A stretch of DNA of 64,000 bases from Solibacteraceae bacterium (GTDB lineage: Bacteria; Acidobacteriota; Terriglobia; Bryobacterales; Bryobacteraceae). The first letter of the stretch is position 1. Every line of letters begins with the position of its first letter. The stretch covers positions 3,295-67,294 of the forward strand of contig JBBITL010000018.1 of assembly GCA_037440765.1 (NCBI GenBank). Reading direction: 5' to 3'. The position numbers and the translations under genes are program-made. Positions 46,835 to 57,239 of the stretch are shown piece after piece. Below the pieces are notes generated by a model. It saw only the letters and a program-made list of their open reading frames with translations. It was not told the origin of the DNA and did not search any database.

Positions 46835-49573
46835 GGGGGCCGCCGCCGGGGAACATAGGGGAAATTGTCGTAGTTCATGGCCTTGGACCAGGTCCAGTTG
46901 CCGCCGATCTGGAGGCCGCCCCGCACCCGGCGGTTCAATTGCAGCTGCATGGAGTGGTAGTTGGTGCTCCCGTCAAAGCTCTGGTAGACAACGGCCTGGT
47001 AGCCGCGGAGCGGCCGGAGGAAGTTGTCCTGCATCAGCGTGCAGGGAGCCGCCAGGGGTAGCGGGCTGGCCGGCAGCGCCGTGGTCGGATCGCAGGAGGA
47101 AAGCTGGCGCTTGGTTCCGTAAGGCGCGGTGTTGACATCGATTGTCCGGCGCTGGTGACGGCCCCCGGTGCCGACGCAGGCAAGGTCCAGGAAGACGCCG
47201 AAACCCAGGTTCCGCTGGATGCCCAGGCTCCAGTTGTAGGTCGAGGGCAGAACCGGCGTCCGCTGGGTGGATACCGTGACGGTCGGCCCCAGGACTGCGG
47301 CCAGAGAGCCGGAAAACAGGGTGGTCACGCTGCTGTTGTAATAGAAGAGGTTGTTCTGCAAGGGTGAGATCTGGGCCGTGTTGAGGATGACGTCATCTCC
47401 GCCGCTGCGGTCGAACGTCATGCCGAAGCCTCCGCGTACGGCTGTGGTGCCGTTGCCGAAAACGTCGTAGGCGAAGCCGAACCGTGGTCCCACTCCGACG
47501 GGCGGCCTGTTCAGCAAGTGCTGCTCATAGACCTCAGTGGCCTGGTAGAACGTGCCGCTGCCCGGCCTCCCAGGTCCAGCGTCACCCGCCGGTTGACCCT
47601 CCAGTTGTCCTGGGCGAACCATTCCAACTGGCGATAACGGCCGAAGCTCCGGATGCGGTTGTCCGATTCCTGACAGCTCTGGAAGATCCCCATCAGAGCG
47701 TTGGAGAAGCCGTAGTTGCTGTCCAGAGGGTTGGTGGTCTGCGCCACGGGAGTGAAGTTGAAGGCGCCCGAGAACACCGACTCGCGTGGCGCGTTGCGAA
47801 TAGCGAATTCGCCGTACAGGCCGAACTTCAGGTTGTGCGTGCTCCGCACCCATGACAGGTTGTTGGTGAAGTTGTAGATGATGTTGCGCGCCCGGAATGG
47901 AAACCGCTGGTCGGCATTGAAGGTGGGGCTCGCCCCGGGCACGCCGTAGGTGACGGCGGGGACGTAGTTCTCAGGATTTATCCGCGGGTTGATCTGCGGC
48001 AGATTCAGCCCCAGCTTCACGCGGTCGTTCCTGTCCAGTTCCCGCTGCTCCAGATAAAGGTATTGCCGGGTGGAGTTGAACCCGAAGGTTGACTCATTGA
48101 CCAGCGACGGCGCGAACGTGTGAATCACCGTCGCCATGCTTCCGATAGCCTGGATCGCGTATTCCGCCCCGGTCTGGGGCCAGGTGTTGCTGGCCGAGAC
48201 GGACCCGGTGCCCCGCACGCTGCGGGCGCTTTGAAAGCTGCGGCTGAACCGGGCGTAGGCGATGGTCCGCGGCTCCACGTTCCAGTCCAGCCGCAAAGTG
48301 TCGGTATCCCTCGGGCTCTGGTCTTTGAAAGTTTCCGACCAGTTGTAGCGGAATTGGGAATCGAGCGCCCCCGCCTCGCATTCGGCCTGACTCGGATAGT
48401 TGCAGCGCGGCAGCATCTGCAACATCTTGCGCATGGCCGGGTCGAACAGCGACTGCGGCACCTGGTTGCCGGGGAAGGGGACGTTCGTCCCGGCACGGTG
48501 GTCGTTAATCGTGATAGCCCGGTTATTGGTGTCGCGTATCCTGCTGAAGTCGCCGTTCAACTCCGCTTGTGTCGGGACTTTCAGTTGAGCCGTAGCGGCG
48601 GGCGGGATCTGTTTCAGCCATTCCTGGGCCCAGAAGAAGAAGAGCCTCTCGCGGCTTCGATTGAAGCCGGTTCCGGGAATGAACAGAGGACCGCCGATGG
48701 TGTATCCGGGATTGTGAAAGCGATAGACGGCGCGCCTGGCCGTGCCATCCGGCTTGAGCCTGGTCCGCAGGGCGTTGTCGAACCAAGGGTTGGCATTGAA
48801 CCACTCATTGCGCTCGTACAGATAGGCAGTGCCGCTCAATTTCCTGGTGCCGGCCCGGGTGACCACGCTTACCATTCCGCCGGCCCGGGCGCCGTACTCG
48901 GCCTGGTAAGTGGCCAGCGCGACCTTGACTTCCCCTATGGTGTCCATGTTCGGCGAAAGAGCCCCCTGGTTGCCGCCCGTGCCTTGCGAGCCTGTGTCCG
49001 CGTTGGTGACGCAGTCCAGGGTGACAATGAGCTGTCCTCCTACGCCGCCGCTGATGGTCGTGCCCACCACTCCCGGCAGCACCCGCAGGGCGCTCAGGAA
49101 GGCGTTGCTTCCCGTGCGGTCCGCCGTGAGCGGGAGATCCGCGATCTGAGACTGGCTGACCGTCGCGATGCGCTCGCTGCTGTGTGTTTGCAGGCGCACC
49201 ATCTCCGCCTCCACGGAGACGCGGGTGCTAAGGTCGCCCAGTTCCAGCCGGATCTGGCCCAAGGCCGGACGCTCGTTGGAGCTAAGCCGGATGTCTTTCA
49301 GCTCGTATGTCTTGAAGCCCTGGCTTGCCACGTTTAGCTCATAAGTGCCGGCCACCAGCTCCGTGAAAACGAACCACCCCGACGTGTCGGTGGAGACCTG
49401 TCGCGTCTGTCCGGTCAGCGCATTGCGGACCTGGACCGGCGCTCCCACGATGATGGCCCGCCCGGATCCGCGACGTATCCGGACAGCTGGCCCGTCAAGC
49501 CCTGGCTGAACGCCGTTGGAACACCGGCCATCAAGAAGGCGAGAACCCCCGCCACCACTCTTGAGCTCCCCAT
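46831..49573 (-). pseudogene. TonB-dependent receptor (TBDR-2) with two frameshifts and a C-terminal truncation
   Basis: ATG 49573 gives MGSSRVVAGVLAFLMAGVPTAFSQGLTGQLSGYVADPGG. Frame is lost in the G/C run 49455-49465, then resumes as AIIVGAPVQVRNALTGQ.. (ORF 47511..49448). A second shift near 47560-47578 leads into ORF 46831..47853. The sequence ends at ..NWTWSKAMNYDNF, roughly 190 aa short of the other two receptors. Confidence 0.75.
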
Positions 49574-49609
49574 CTCATTCCTTCGTCCCTCTGCTGCCGT
49601 CCGGCAGCG

Positions 49610-50521
49610 CTACAGCCGCTTCAGCCAGATGTCTCTGAAGGAGACCTTCAGGCTGGCGCCCTCGATTTGCAGGCCGATCAGCCCTTTGTCATGACGCTTG
49701 CTGTTGTCGTCGTCGATGGTGACGCTGATCAGCCGGCCGTTCAGAATGTGCAGGTACGTCCTGCCGCGAACCACGATGTGATACTGATTCCAGTCGCCCG
49801 GCTTGAAGCTCGCCTTCAGTTCGTCCGCGGTGGCGATGGTCGCGGCCAGAACGTTGGGTTGCCCCTCCCTCAGGACCACGACTTGGCCCGGGCGGGTCGT
49901 GATCCCGCGCTCGCCGGGCTGCCTGCCGCCCTCGAACAACTGGCCGGCCATGCTGCCGGCCATGTCGAAATCGGCCTGCGGCCCGAACAGATTCCACTTG
50001 CTGTAGGTGGCGACCGGCATGGGTCCGCCGCCCGGTCCGCGGCCCCCGGCAGGCTGTGCGGGGGAGCCGCCTCCGCCGGGCGCCCCCGCCGCCGGGCCAC
50101 CCCGCCCGGCGCCGAAGCTCGCGCTCGGCAGGACGTTGCGGCTGCGGTATTGAACACCGCTGTTGCCGCCCTGCCCCTCGATCTTGATCTCCAGCTTCAG
50201 CTCGAAGTCGGCCGGCACTCCGCCACGCCAGATGAGAAAGGTCGTGCCAGCCGGGTTCTCGGGGGTTGACTCCGCCACAATGACGCCATTCTCCACCCGC
50301 CAAATCTCCCTGGCGCCGTCCCAGCCTTCGAGCGATTTGCCGTCGAAGATCTGCTCGAACCCGGTGCGGTCGGCGAAATTCAACGTCAGCGGTGCACCGC
50401 CGGGACCGCCCCGTCCCATCCCACCCGTGGCCGGCGCCGGCGGCTGCTGGCCTGCCGCAACCTGCATGGCAGCCGCCAGCACGGCCGCCTTCATCAGGAA
50501 ACAGAGGTTATGTTTGCGCAT
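49610..50521 (-). CDS. Secreted DUF1080 (PF06439) protein
   Basis: 303 aa, signal peptide. IFDGKSLEGWDG, NSGVQYRS, GLIGLQIEG..VSFRDIWLKRL. Confidence 0.8.
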   Translation of the reverse strand: MRKHNLCFLMKAAVLAAAMQVAAGQQPPAPATGGMGRGGPGGAPLTLNFADRTGFEQIFDGKSLEGWDGAREIWRVENGVIVAESTPENPAGTTFLIWRGGVPADFELKLEIKIEGQGGNSGVQYRSRNVLPSASFGAGRGGPAAGAPGGGGSPAQPAGGRGPGGGPMPVATYSKWNLFGPQADFDMAGSMAGQLFEGGRQPGERGITTRPGQVVVLREGQPNVLAATIATADELKASFKPGDWNQYHIVVRGRTYLHILNGRLISVTIDDDNSKRHDKGLIGLQIEGASLKVSFRDIWLKRL

Positions 50522-50683
50522 AGTGCTGTATGCGCCATGGTAAGCAGAAGCGCCCCCGGCTACAATAGCCGTACGGTAGCCCGGGCGCCGGCCGGCACAA
50601 CCTGAAGCGCGCCAACACGATGAAGGCCCCGGAGCGGTGAGTTGGCCGGAGGTGTCGCTACGGTATCGGGCAGGAGCGGCGTT

Positions 50684-51973
50684 CTACCAGAAGTGGGCGG
50701 CGACCAGCCGGGGCGGTCCGGAGCTCGCCCCCACCTGCCGCGTTGCGATGACGATCTGAATGTTCTTCCGGTCCCAGTCACTGGGAGCTGCCCGGGCCAG
50801 CTCCCGCATGTGCAGGTCGCTCGCCAGAAACTGGCCCGCGGCGCTGGTTGCATAAGTGGACAGGCCGGCTATGCTTACCAACGACTGCCCGGTGGTCTCA
50901 TTCCGCACCCGCGTTAGGAGCGCATACGCCTCGACCGGGCCGGTGACCAGCGAACTCACGGGCATCGACCAGAGCCTCTGGCCCGGCTTGTCCCGGTCGC
51001 TGATCCATGTGACGGTGACGGCCTCGTCCCTGTCCACTGTGAAGCGCCAGTCGCTGGTGACCAGGTTGAGCCACCGGACGGCAGGGCCGATGAATACCAC
51101 GGGCCCGGCCTTGAGGTCGTCGAATTGCAGCGAACCGGTGAAACGCGTCTGGAAGGCCTTTCCCCTGGCCCTCAAGGCCGAGGCGATGTCAACCAGCGCC
51201 GTAACGTCACCGATCGGCACCGACAGCGCTCTTCCGGCCACGGCCGCTCCCGGCTTCCCGGCCGACCTCTGGATTTCGGCAAGGGTTGAAGAGGAGACCG
51301 GGGCCGAATCCGCCGGCGCTGAAACCTCGGCCCCGACAGCCGGCGAAAGGCCGAACAGCACTGGACCCGGAGCCTGCAACACCGGCCGCCAGAACCGGTC
51401 GAACGCGCTTGGCGAGGCCCACGGCCGGTGCCAGGCCAGCGCCGCGATCAGCACCACGACAGCCACGACGGCCGGCCGCCACGTGACTCGCGGCCGTGCG
51501 GCGGGGCGGCGGGCGTCAGCGGGAACCGGAACGGGCGGCGCCCCGGAGGCCGCGTGGAACTCCGGCACGTATGAGCCCGGCGGGAGGTCAATCCGAAGCT
51601 CAGTCTCGCGGCCCGGCTCCCGGTAGTACTGGACAAGCCGCTTGCGGACCTCGACCGCCGAGGTTCGAACCACCGGGTCCTGGCTTGTGTCGTAATCCGC
51701 GTCTCTGGCGAAGACCTCAACCCCGATAACGCGCTCCTTCAGGCGGTCCAGGCGCCCTTCCAGAGCCTGCTGGACGGCGAACCGCAGAAGGCCCGTGTAT
51801 CGCCGGCTGTTGCGGAAATGGGCGCTGGCCAGCACCCGCTCCAGTTGGTCGCGGATGGCGATGCGCTCCGCCGGCGAACGCCTCGCCCCGGCGGGATGCT
51901 CCTGCCCCGGTTTCGGGCCGTTAAGGCCGCTCAGTGGCTCCTCCAACGTTCCACTCCTGGCGGCGACACCCAC
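50684..51973 (-). CDS. Membrane-anchored one-component regulator candidate: winged-helix-like N-domain, one TM segment, ~230-aa extracytoplasmic domain
   Basis: SAHFRNSRRYTGLLRFAVQQALEGRLDRLKERVIGVEVFARDADYDTSQDPVVRTSAVEVRKRLVQYY, TM segment AVVAVVVLIAALAW, C-terminal domain of unknown family. Confidence 0.5.
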   Translation of the reverse strand: MGVAARSGTLEEPLSGLNGPKPGQEHPAGARRSPAERIAIRDQLERVLASAHFRNSRRYTGLLRFAVQQALEGRLDRLKERVIGVEVFARDADYDTSQDPVVRTSAVEVRKRLVQYYREPGRETELRIDLPPGSYVPEFHAASGAPPVPVPADARRPAARPRVTWRPAVVAVVVLIAALAWHRPWASPSAFDRFWRPVLQAPGPVLFGLSPAVGAEVSAPADSAPVSSSTLAEIQRSAGKPGAAVAGRALSVPIGDVTALVDIASALRARGKAFQTRFTGSLQFDDLKAGPVVFIGPAVRWLNLVTSDWRFTVDRDEAVTVTWISDRDKPGQRLWSMPVSSLVTGPVEAYALLTRVRNETTGQSLVSIAGLSTYATSAAGQFLASDLHMRELARAAPSDWDRKNIQIVIATRQVGASSGPPRLVAAHFW

Positions 51974-52044
51974 TGTACTTGCCGCCGTGCCGGAAGGAGG
52001 TCCCCACAGGCCGGCAGGCCTGTCGCGCCCGGACCGCGCCTGCC

Positions 52045-53084
<1,040 letters not shown>

Positions 53085-53088
<4 letters not shown>

Positions 53089-54248
53089 TCGGCCACCTCC
53101 ATCCAGCGTCCGCTGCGGGCGCTTTCGAGCACGGCGTCGCAAACCTTCTGCGTCTGAAGTCCGTTGCGGAAGTCGGGCTGCGCCGGCGTCCCGCTCTCGA
53201 TCCCTTCCACAAAATCCGCGAGCTGGTTCAGGAATGTGTGCTCGTAGCCGATGCAGGTGCCCGGAACCCAGTAGCGGCCCATGTAAGGGTGTTCCGAGTT
53301 AGTAACATGGATCTTGCGCCAGCCCGTCAAATGCGACTCAGTTTTCTTGCCGGATTGTAACTGCTTGTATTCGAAAAACTGAAGATACTCCGGCTCTTCG
53401 AGGTCGAAGTAAACGCTGCCGTCGGCGCCGTTCAGCTCGAAGGTGTTGAAGTTCTTCCGGCCGCGGGCGTAACGGGTGGACTCGAAGGTGCCCATCGAGC
53501 CGTTGGCGAACTCGGCCAGGAACATGCAGGCGTCGTCGATCCCCACCGGCTCCACCTTGCCGGAGACCACGTGCTTGCGCTCCTTTACGAAGGTCTCGGT
53601 CTTGGCCACCACGCGCCGGATGGGGCCGTTGAGCCACATGGCGGTGTCGATGGAGTGCGCCAGCAGGTCGCCGGTGACGCCGCTGCCGGCGACCTTGACG
53701 TCCAGCCGCCACAGCGCGTCGCCGCCCTGGGGCACGTCGGATGAGATGGTCCAGTCCTGCAAGTAAGTGGCGCGGTAATGGAAGGGCCGGCCGATGCGTC
53801 CTTCGTCTATGATCTGCCTGGCCAGCGAGATGGAAGGCACGCGCCGGTAGTTAAACGAGATCATGTTGGGCACTTTGGCGGCTTCGACGGCGCGCACCAT
53901 TTCCTCGCCTTCGGCCGCGTTCATGGCCAGCGGCTTCTCGCACAGCACCATCTTGCCGGCCTGGGCCGCCGCCACGGCTATCTCCTTGTGCGCGAAGTTC
54001 GGCACGCAGATATCGATCAGGTCGATGTCGTTGGAGTCCATCAGCTTGCGCCAGTCCGTCTCGGCGCGCTGGTACCCCCAGACGTCCACGAACTTCCTGG
54101 CCTTACCCTCGTCGACGTCGCAGATGGCGCGCAGCACGGGCCGGTGCTGGACGGGGAAGAAGTTGTTCAGGCGCAGGTAGGCGTTCGAGTGCGTGCGGCC
54201 CATAAAGCCGCACCCTATAAGTCCGACTCCCAGAGTCTTGGCTGCCAT
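53085..54248 (-). CDS. Cytoplasmic Gfo/Idh/MocA-family oxidoreductase
   Basis: 387 aa. [19 protein letters not shown], no signal peptide. Confidence 0.85.
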
Positions 54249-54259
54249 GTGGTCTCCTC

Positions 54260-55474
54260 TCAGTTTGCGACAAGTGGCGCGGCGTCCGGGTTTCCCGGGC
54301 CGAAGTGCTTGAGCATGACCAGGTTCTCCTGGTCGCTGGTGTTGATGATGGTGACGCCTGCGGCGGCGGCGGCGGCCGAGACGAACACCTCGTCCTTGGT
54401 CATCTCGCCGAAGCGGATCAAGCTCGGGGTTTCGACCTCGAGTTTGCCCAGCCTGCCGCGGCCCTGGGTCAGGATCACGCCGTAGGCGGCCGCGTCTTTA
54501 AGTTCCACAGAGCGGCCCGGGAACACGGTGAGCTCCTTGGCCGAGTACCAGGATCTCCCGTAGGTCACCCATACCTCGCTGTAGCCGGCCTCCGCCATGG
54601 CTGCCGGTTGTTTCACCGGCTTCGGCCAGACTTTGTTGTGCTTGCCGAATTCAGGATCGACGTTCTTGTCCCAGTCCAGCATGCCGATGATGTAGTCCAG
54701 GTCCTGGCGGTGCTCGGGCGGCACGTCCTTCACCAGCAGGCTCCATGGCACGGGCCGGTTCTCCACCATGGACTGGAACATGCCGAAGACGTCCGAGTTG
54801 ACCTGCGGCTCGTAGGTGACCAGCGAGCCGGGCGCGTGCAGGATGCCGGCGTCGATCTGCCAGCCTGAGCCGGGTATGAGCCGGTACGCCTTGGCGTGAT
54901 CGAGGATGCCGTTGTCGCCCTGGTTCCAGCGCTCCAGGCACGCGCGGACGTCGTCCTTGGTGGTGCCCGGCTCCAGTCCCATGTAAGTGTGCGGGAAGTT
55001 GTTGCCGGTGAAGTTGTACTGGGGCGGGAAATAGTAGGCCTCCGGCTTGCCCTTCTGGCCCACGCGGGCGGCGTGCTCGTCCATCTGGTGCATGTGGTGC
55101 GGGATGGGGCCCAGGTTGTCGAAGAACTTGCACAGCAGGTTCCAGCCCCCCTGCTTCGCCATGACTTCCGCGCCGAGGAACTGGTCGCCCAGCGTCTCGA
55201 TCGCCTCCTTGAACAGAACGCGCTTGCCATCGAAGGCAATGTAGCTGAGCCCCTCGTCGGGCGGCGTGCCGGGACCGTTGTCGGCGTTCGTGGTGGAGGC
55301 GAACCACCGCTCGTCGATGCCTCCGCGGTGGGCGCCCAGCGCATACAGGTCCCTGGTGTCCAGCTTGAGGCGCCCGCCCGGCATCAGAAACGACCGGGGG
55401 ACCCAGCAGGGCGCCAGGCGGACCAGACCGTCGCCGGCGCCGAGCGCGTCCTTGATGATTGAAACGTTGCTCAT
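54260..55474 (-). CDS. Cupin protein resembling class I phosphomannose isomerase
   Basis: 404 aa. [10 protein letters not shown] and [20 protein letters not shown] resemble the metal-binding and HA..G...E....SD strings of type I PMI. Moderate/weak call. Confidence 0.45.
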   Translation of the reverse strand: MSNVSIIKDALGAGDGLVRLAPCWVPRSFLMPGGRLKLDTRDLYALGAHRGGIDERWFASTTNADNGPGTPPDEGLSYIAFDGKRVLFKEAIETLGDQFLGAEVMAKQGGWNLLCKFFDNLGPIPHHMHQMDEHAARVGQKGKPEAYYFPPQYNFTGNNFPHTYMGLEPGTTKDDVRACLERWNQGDNGILDHAKAYRLIPGSGWQIDAGILHAPGSLVTYEPQVNSDVFGMFQSMVENRPVPWSLLVKDVPPEHRQDLDYIIGMLDWDKNVDPEFGKHNKVWPKPVKQPAAMAEAGYSEVWVTYGRSWYSAKELTVFPGRSVELKDAAAYGVILTQGRGRLGKLEVETPSLIRFGEMTKDEVFVSAAAAAAGVTIINTSDQENLVMLKHFGPGNPDAAPLVAN

Positions 55475-55504
55475 GTTCCTCCTCCCATGCAGATCAAGCC
55501 GAAG

Positions 55505-55530
55505 TTACTTATTATTATTTTATTATTAAA
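55505..55530 (-). promoter_or_regulatory. 26-nt almost pure A/T island 30 nt upstream of the cupin start codon (promoter, UP element or AU-rich translation enhancer)
   Basis: TTACTTATTATTATTTTATTATTAAA stands out in an otherwise GC-rich context. RBS GGGAGGAGG follows on the minus strand. Confidence 0.3.
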
Positions 55531-55626
55531 GCCGCCGCGAATCGTTCAGTTAAGACCGCACCGAGACGTCCGGCCCCACAGAGGTTCTCATGACGAAATT
55601 ATACGCAGCCTGTCAAGAGCGGCCCA

Positions 55627-56766
55627 TCAGGCGGGCGCCGCGATCTGCATAAGCTCGTCGTTGGGGTAGACATGGTTCACGGTCTCCGGCGTCAGCAGTT
55701 TGTGCTTGACGAAGACCGCGGGCGGGACGGCCTGCCGGTGAAGGATGTCCAGCGCCAGCCGCACGATTCCCTCACCGTATCTCTCCGGAAAATAGGCCAC
55801 CGAGCCGATGAGCCGCGTGCCGGGCGTGCGCAGCTCCACCCGCCCCTCCGGCGAGGCGTTCTGCCCGATGGCCGCGACATCCTGAGTGCGCCCCGCCTCC
55901 TGGAAGGCCCGCAGCGCGCCCAGGGCGCTCGGATCGTTGATGGCGCCAACCAGAAAGCGGCGGCCGCGGCTGGTCCGCAGGTGCCTGCGCATGGCCTCAA
56001 AACTGCTGCCGAGCTGGCCGTCGCCGTCCAGGAATGTCACCGGGCAGCTCTCCAGTTGTGGCCACGCCTCCCGGAGGCCTACCAGCGTTCCGGTCAGCCG
56101 CATCCTGGGCACGCTGCCGGCGCGGGTCAGTTCCATCAGCACGATCTCGTCCACCCCCGTGCTCCAGTGTTGCCTGGCCCACCGGCCGAGGTGCCGTCCG
56201 CCGATGAGCCCGGCCTCATAGTTATTGGCCCCGAAATAGGTGGCGCCGGGGTGAGGAATCTCCAGCGCGATCATGGGAATATTCGCCGCCCGGTACTTGG
56301 CAGCGACGATCGGCGCCACGCTCTCGTCGGTCTGGAACTCGATCACCAGATCGACCTTCTCCCGGACCAGCACGTCGGCGTTCCTCTGGGCGACCTTGGG
56401 GTTGTAACGGTTGTCCAGGGCGAGCAACTCGATGCCTTCAGCCGCCGCCGCGCGCTGCAAGCTGAGCGAAACCTCCTTGGAGAACTGATAATCCGTGCCT
56501 TGGGCGGCGTAGCCCAGGCGGCAGGATTTTGGGGTGAACGGGCGCAGGTTCGACCGGTACAGGTTCTCCGCGACCTTCTCCACCATGCCGCAGCTCTGCA
56601 AGGTGTACAAAATGCGGAAGGACATGCTCTTGGGCAAGCCGCTGCGCGATGCGATCTCACGCAAAGCCAGCGCTTCGCCTGGGGAGCGGAACGCCGCCAG
56701 AAGCCTGGAGCAATGCACCACGGACTTGACCAGATATGGGTTTCGTCCCGAAGCCCCAGCGCTCAT
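55627..56766 (-). CDS. Chimeric regulator: IclR-type winged-helix HTH fused to a periplasmic-binding-protein type I sugar-binding domain
   Basis: Trimmed to MSAGASGRNPYLVKS (379 aa). SVVHCSRLLAAFRSPGEALALREIASRSGLPKSMSFRILYTLQSCGMVEK (IclR-like HTH), then LGYAAQGTDYQFSKEV...DLVIEFQTDESVAPIVAAKYRAANIPMIALE (PBP-like). Confidence 0.65.
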   Translation of the reverse strand: MSAGASGRNPYLVKSVVHCSRLLAAFRSPGEALALREIASRSGLPKSMSFRILYTLQSCGMVEKVAENLYRSNLRPFTPKSCRLGYAAQGTDYQFSKEVSLSLQRAAAAEGIELLALDNRYNPKVAQRNADVLVREKVDLVIEFQTDESVAPIVAAKYRAANIPMIALEIPHPGATYFGANNYEAGLIGGRHLGRWARQHWSTGVDEIVLMELTRAGSVPRMRLTGTLVGLREAWPQLESCPVTFLDGDGQLGSSFEAMRRHLRTSRGRRFLVGAINDPSALGALRAFQEAGRTQDVAAIGQNASPEGRVELRTPGTRLIGSVAYFPERYGEGIVRLALDILHRQAVPPAVFVKHKLLTPETVNHVYPNDELMQIAAPA

Positions 56767-56849
56767 AGCGGCCTCTCGCTGCTGTCCCCGAAGGGAGTCT
56801 ATCACGAAACGGTGCACACTCCAACATATGTTTCGCATTTCGAACCGTA

Positions 56850-56861
56850 TTGACCGGTCAA
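56850..56861. promoter_or_regulatory. Perfect 12-bp palindrome TTGACCGGTCAA; candidate auto-operator
   Basis: Read directly. Lies 18-29 nt downstream (minus strand) of a consensus TATAAT. Confidence 0.3.
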
Positions 56862-56878
56862 CAGGGGCCACCGAGAAC

Positions 56879-56906
56879 ATTATAGAGCGTTAATATTTTA
56901 TATAAA
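56879..56906 (-). promoter_or_regulatory. Candidate promoter of the regulator gene (TTTATA-16-TATAAT)
   Basis: Reverse complement reads TTTATA (56906-56901), 16-nt spacer, TATAAT (56884-56879), in an AT-rich patch. Confidence 0.35.
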
Positions 56907-57239
56907 GCCTATACTGTCAATAGATTCCGCAGGCATGGAGCATCCCGGCTGTGTTCCGCAATGCAAAATGGACTTTGCCCGCGCGGTTTTCCTTGCAGGC
57001 GCTTCTGTCCCGTGCCAGCATGCTGATAGATCGGTGGGAGTGGGCAGGGTCAGGAATTGCGGAGGGAGATGGCGAGCGAAGGGCACGTCGCCTACCGGCA
57101 TCACGGGGCCCCCTCGGAGGGGGAAGCAATCTTGGAAGTCTGTTTTCATACTGGCATATGGCCGCGCTTCAAAGTGGAGGGTTGTGCAGGATCTTCGGCC
57201 AAATGGCGACAACGTAACGGAAGGGAAGGGGTCAATGCG

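Noticed and set aside
57057-57239. N-terminal extensions in the ORF track (57057-57239, 30367-30546, 20777-21097, 24479-24598, 32662-33120, 33123-33434, 45561-46121, 53089-53142, 56767-56880, 37691-37768).
   Set aside because: The extensions precede obvious signal peptides or conserved N-termini, overlap divergent genes or promoters, and have non-coding-like composition. I moved the starts to the internal ATG/GTG.
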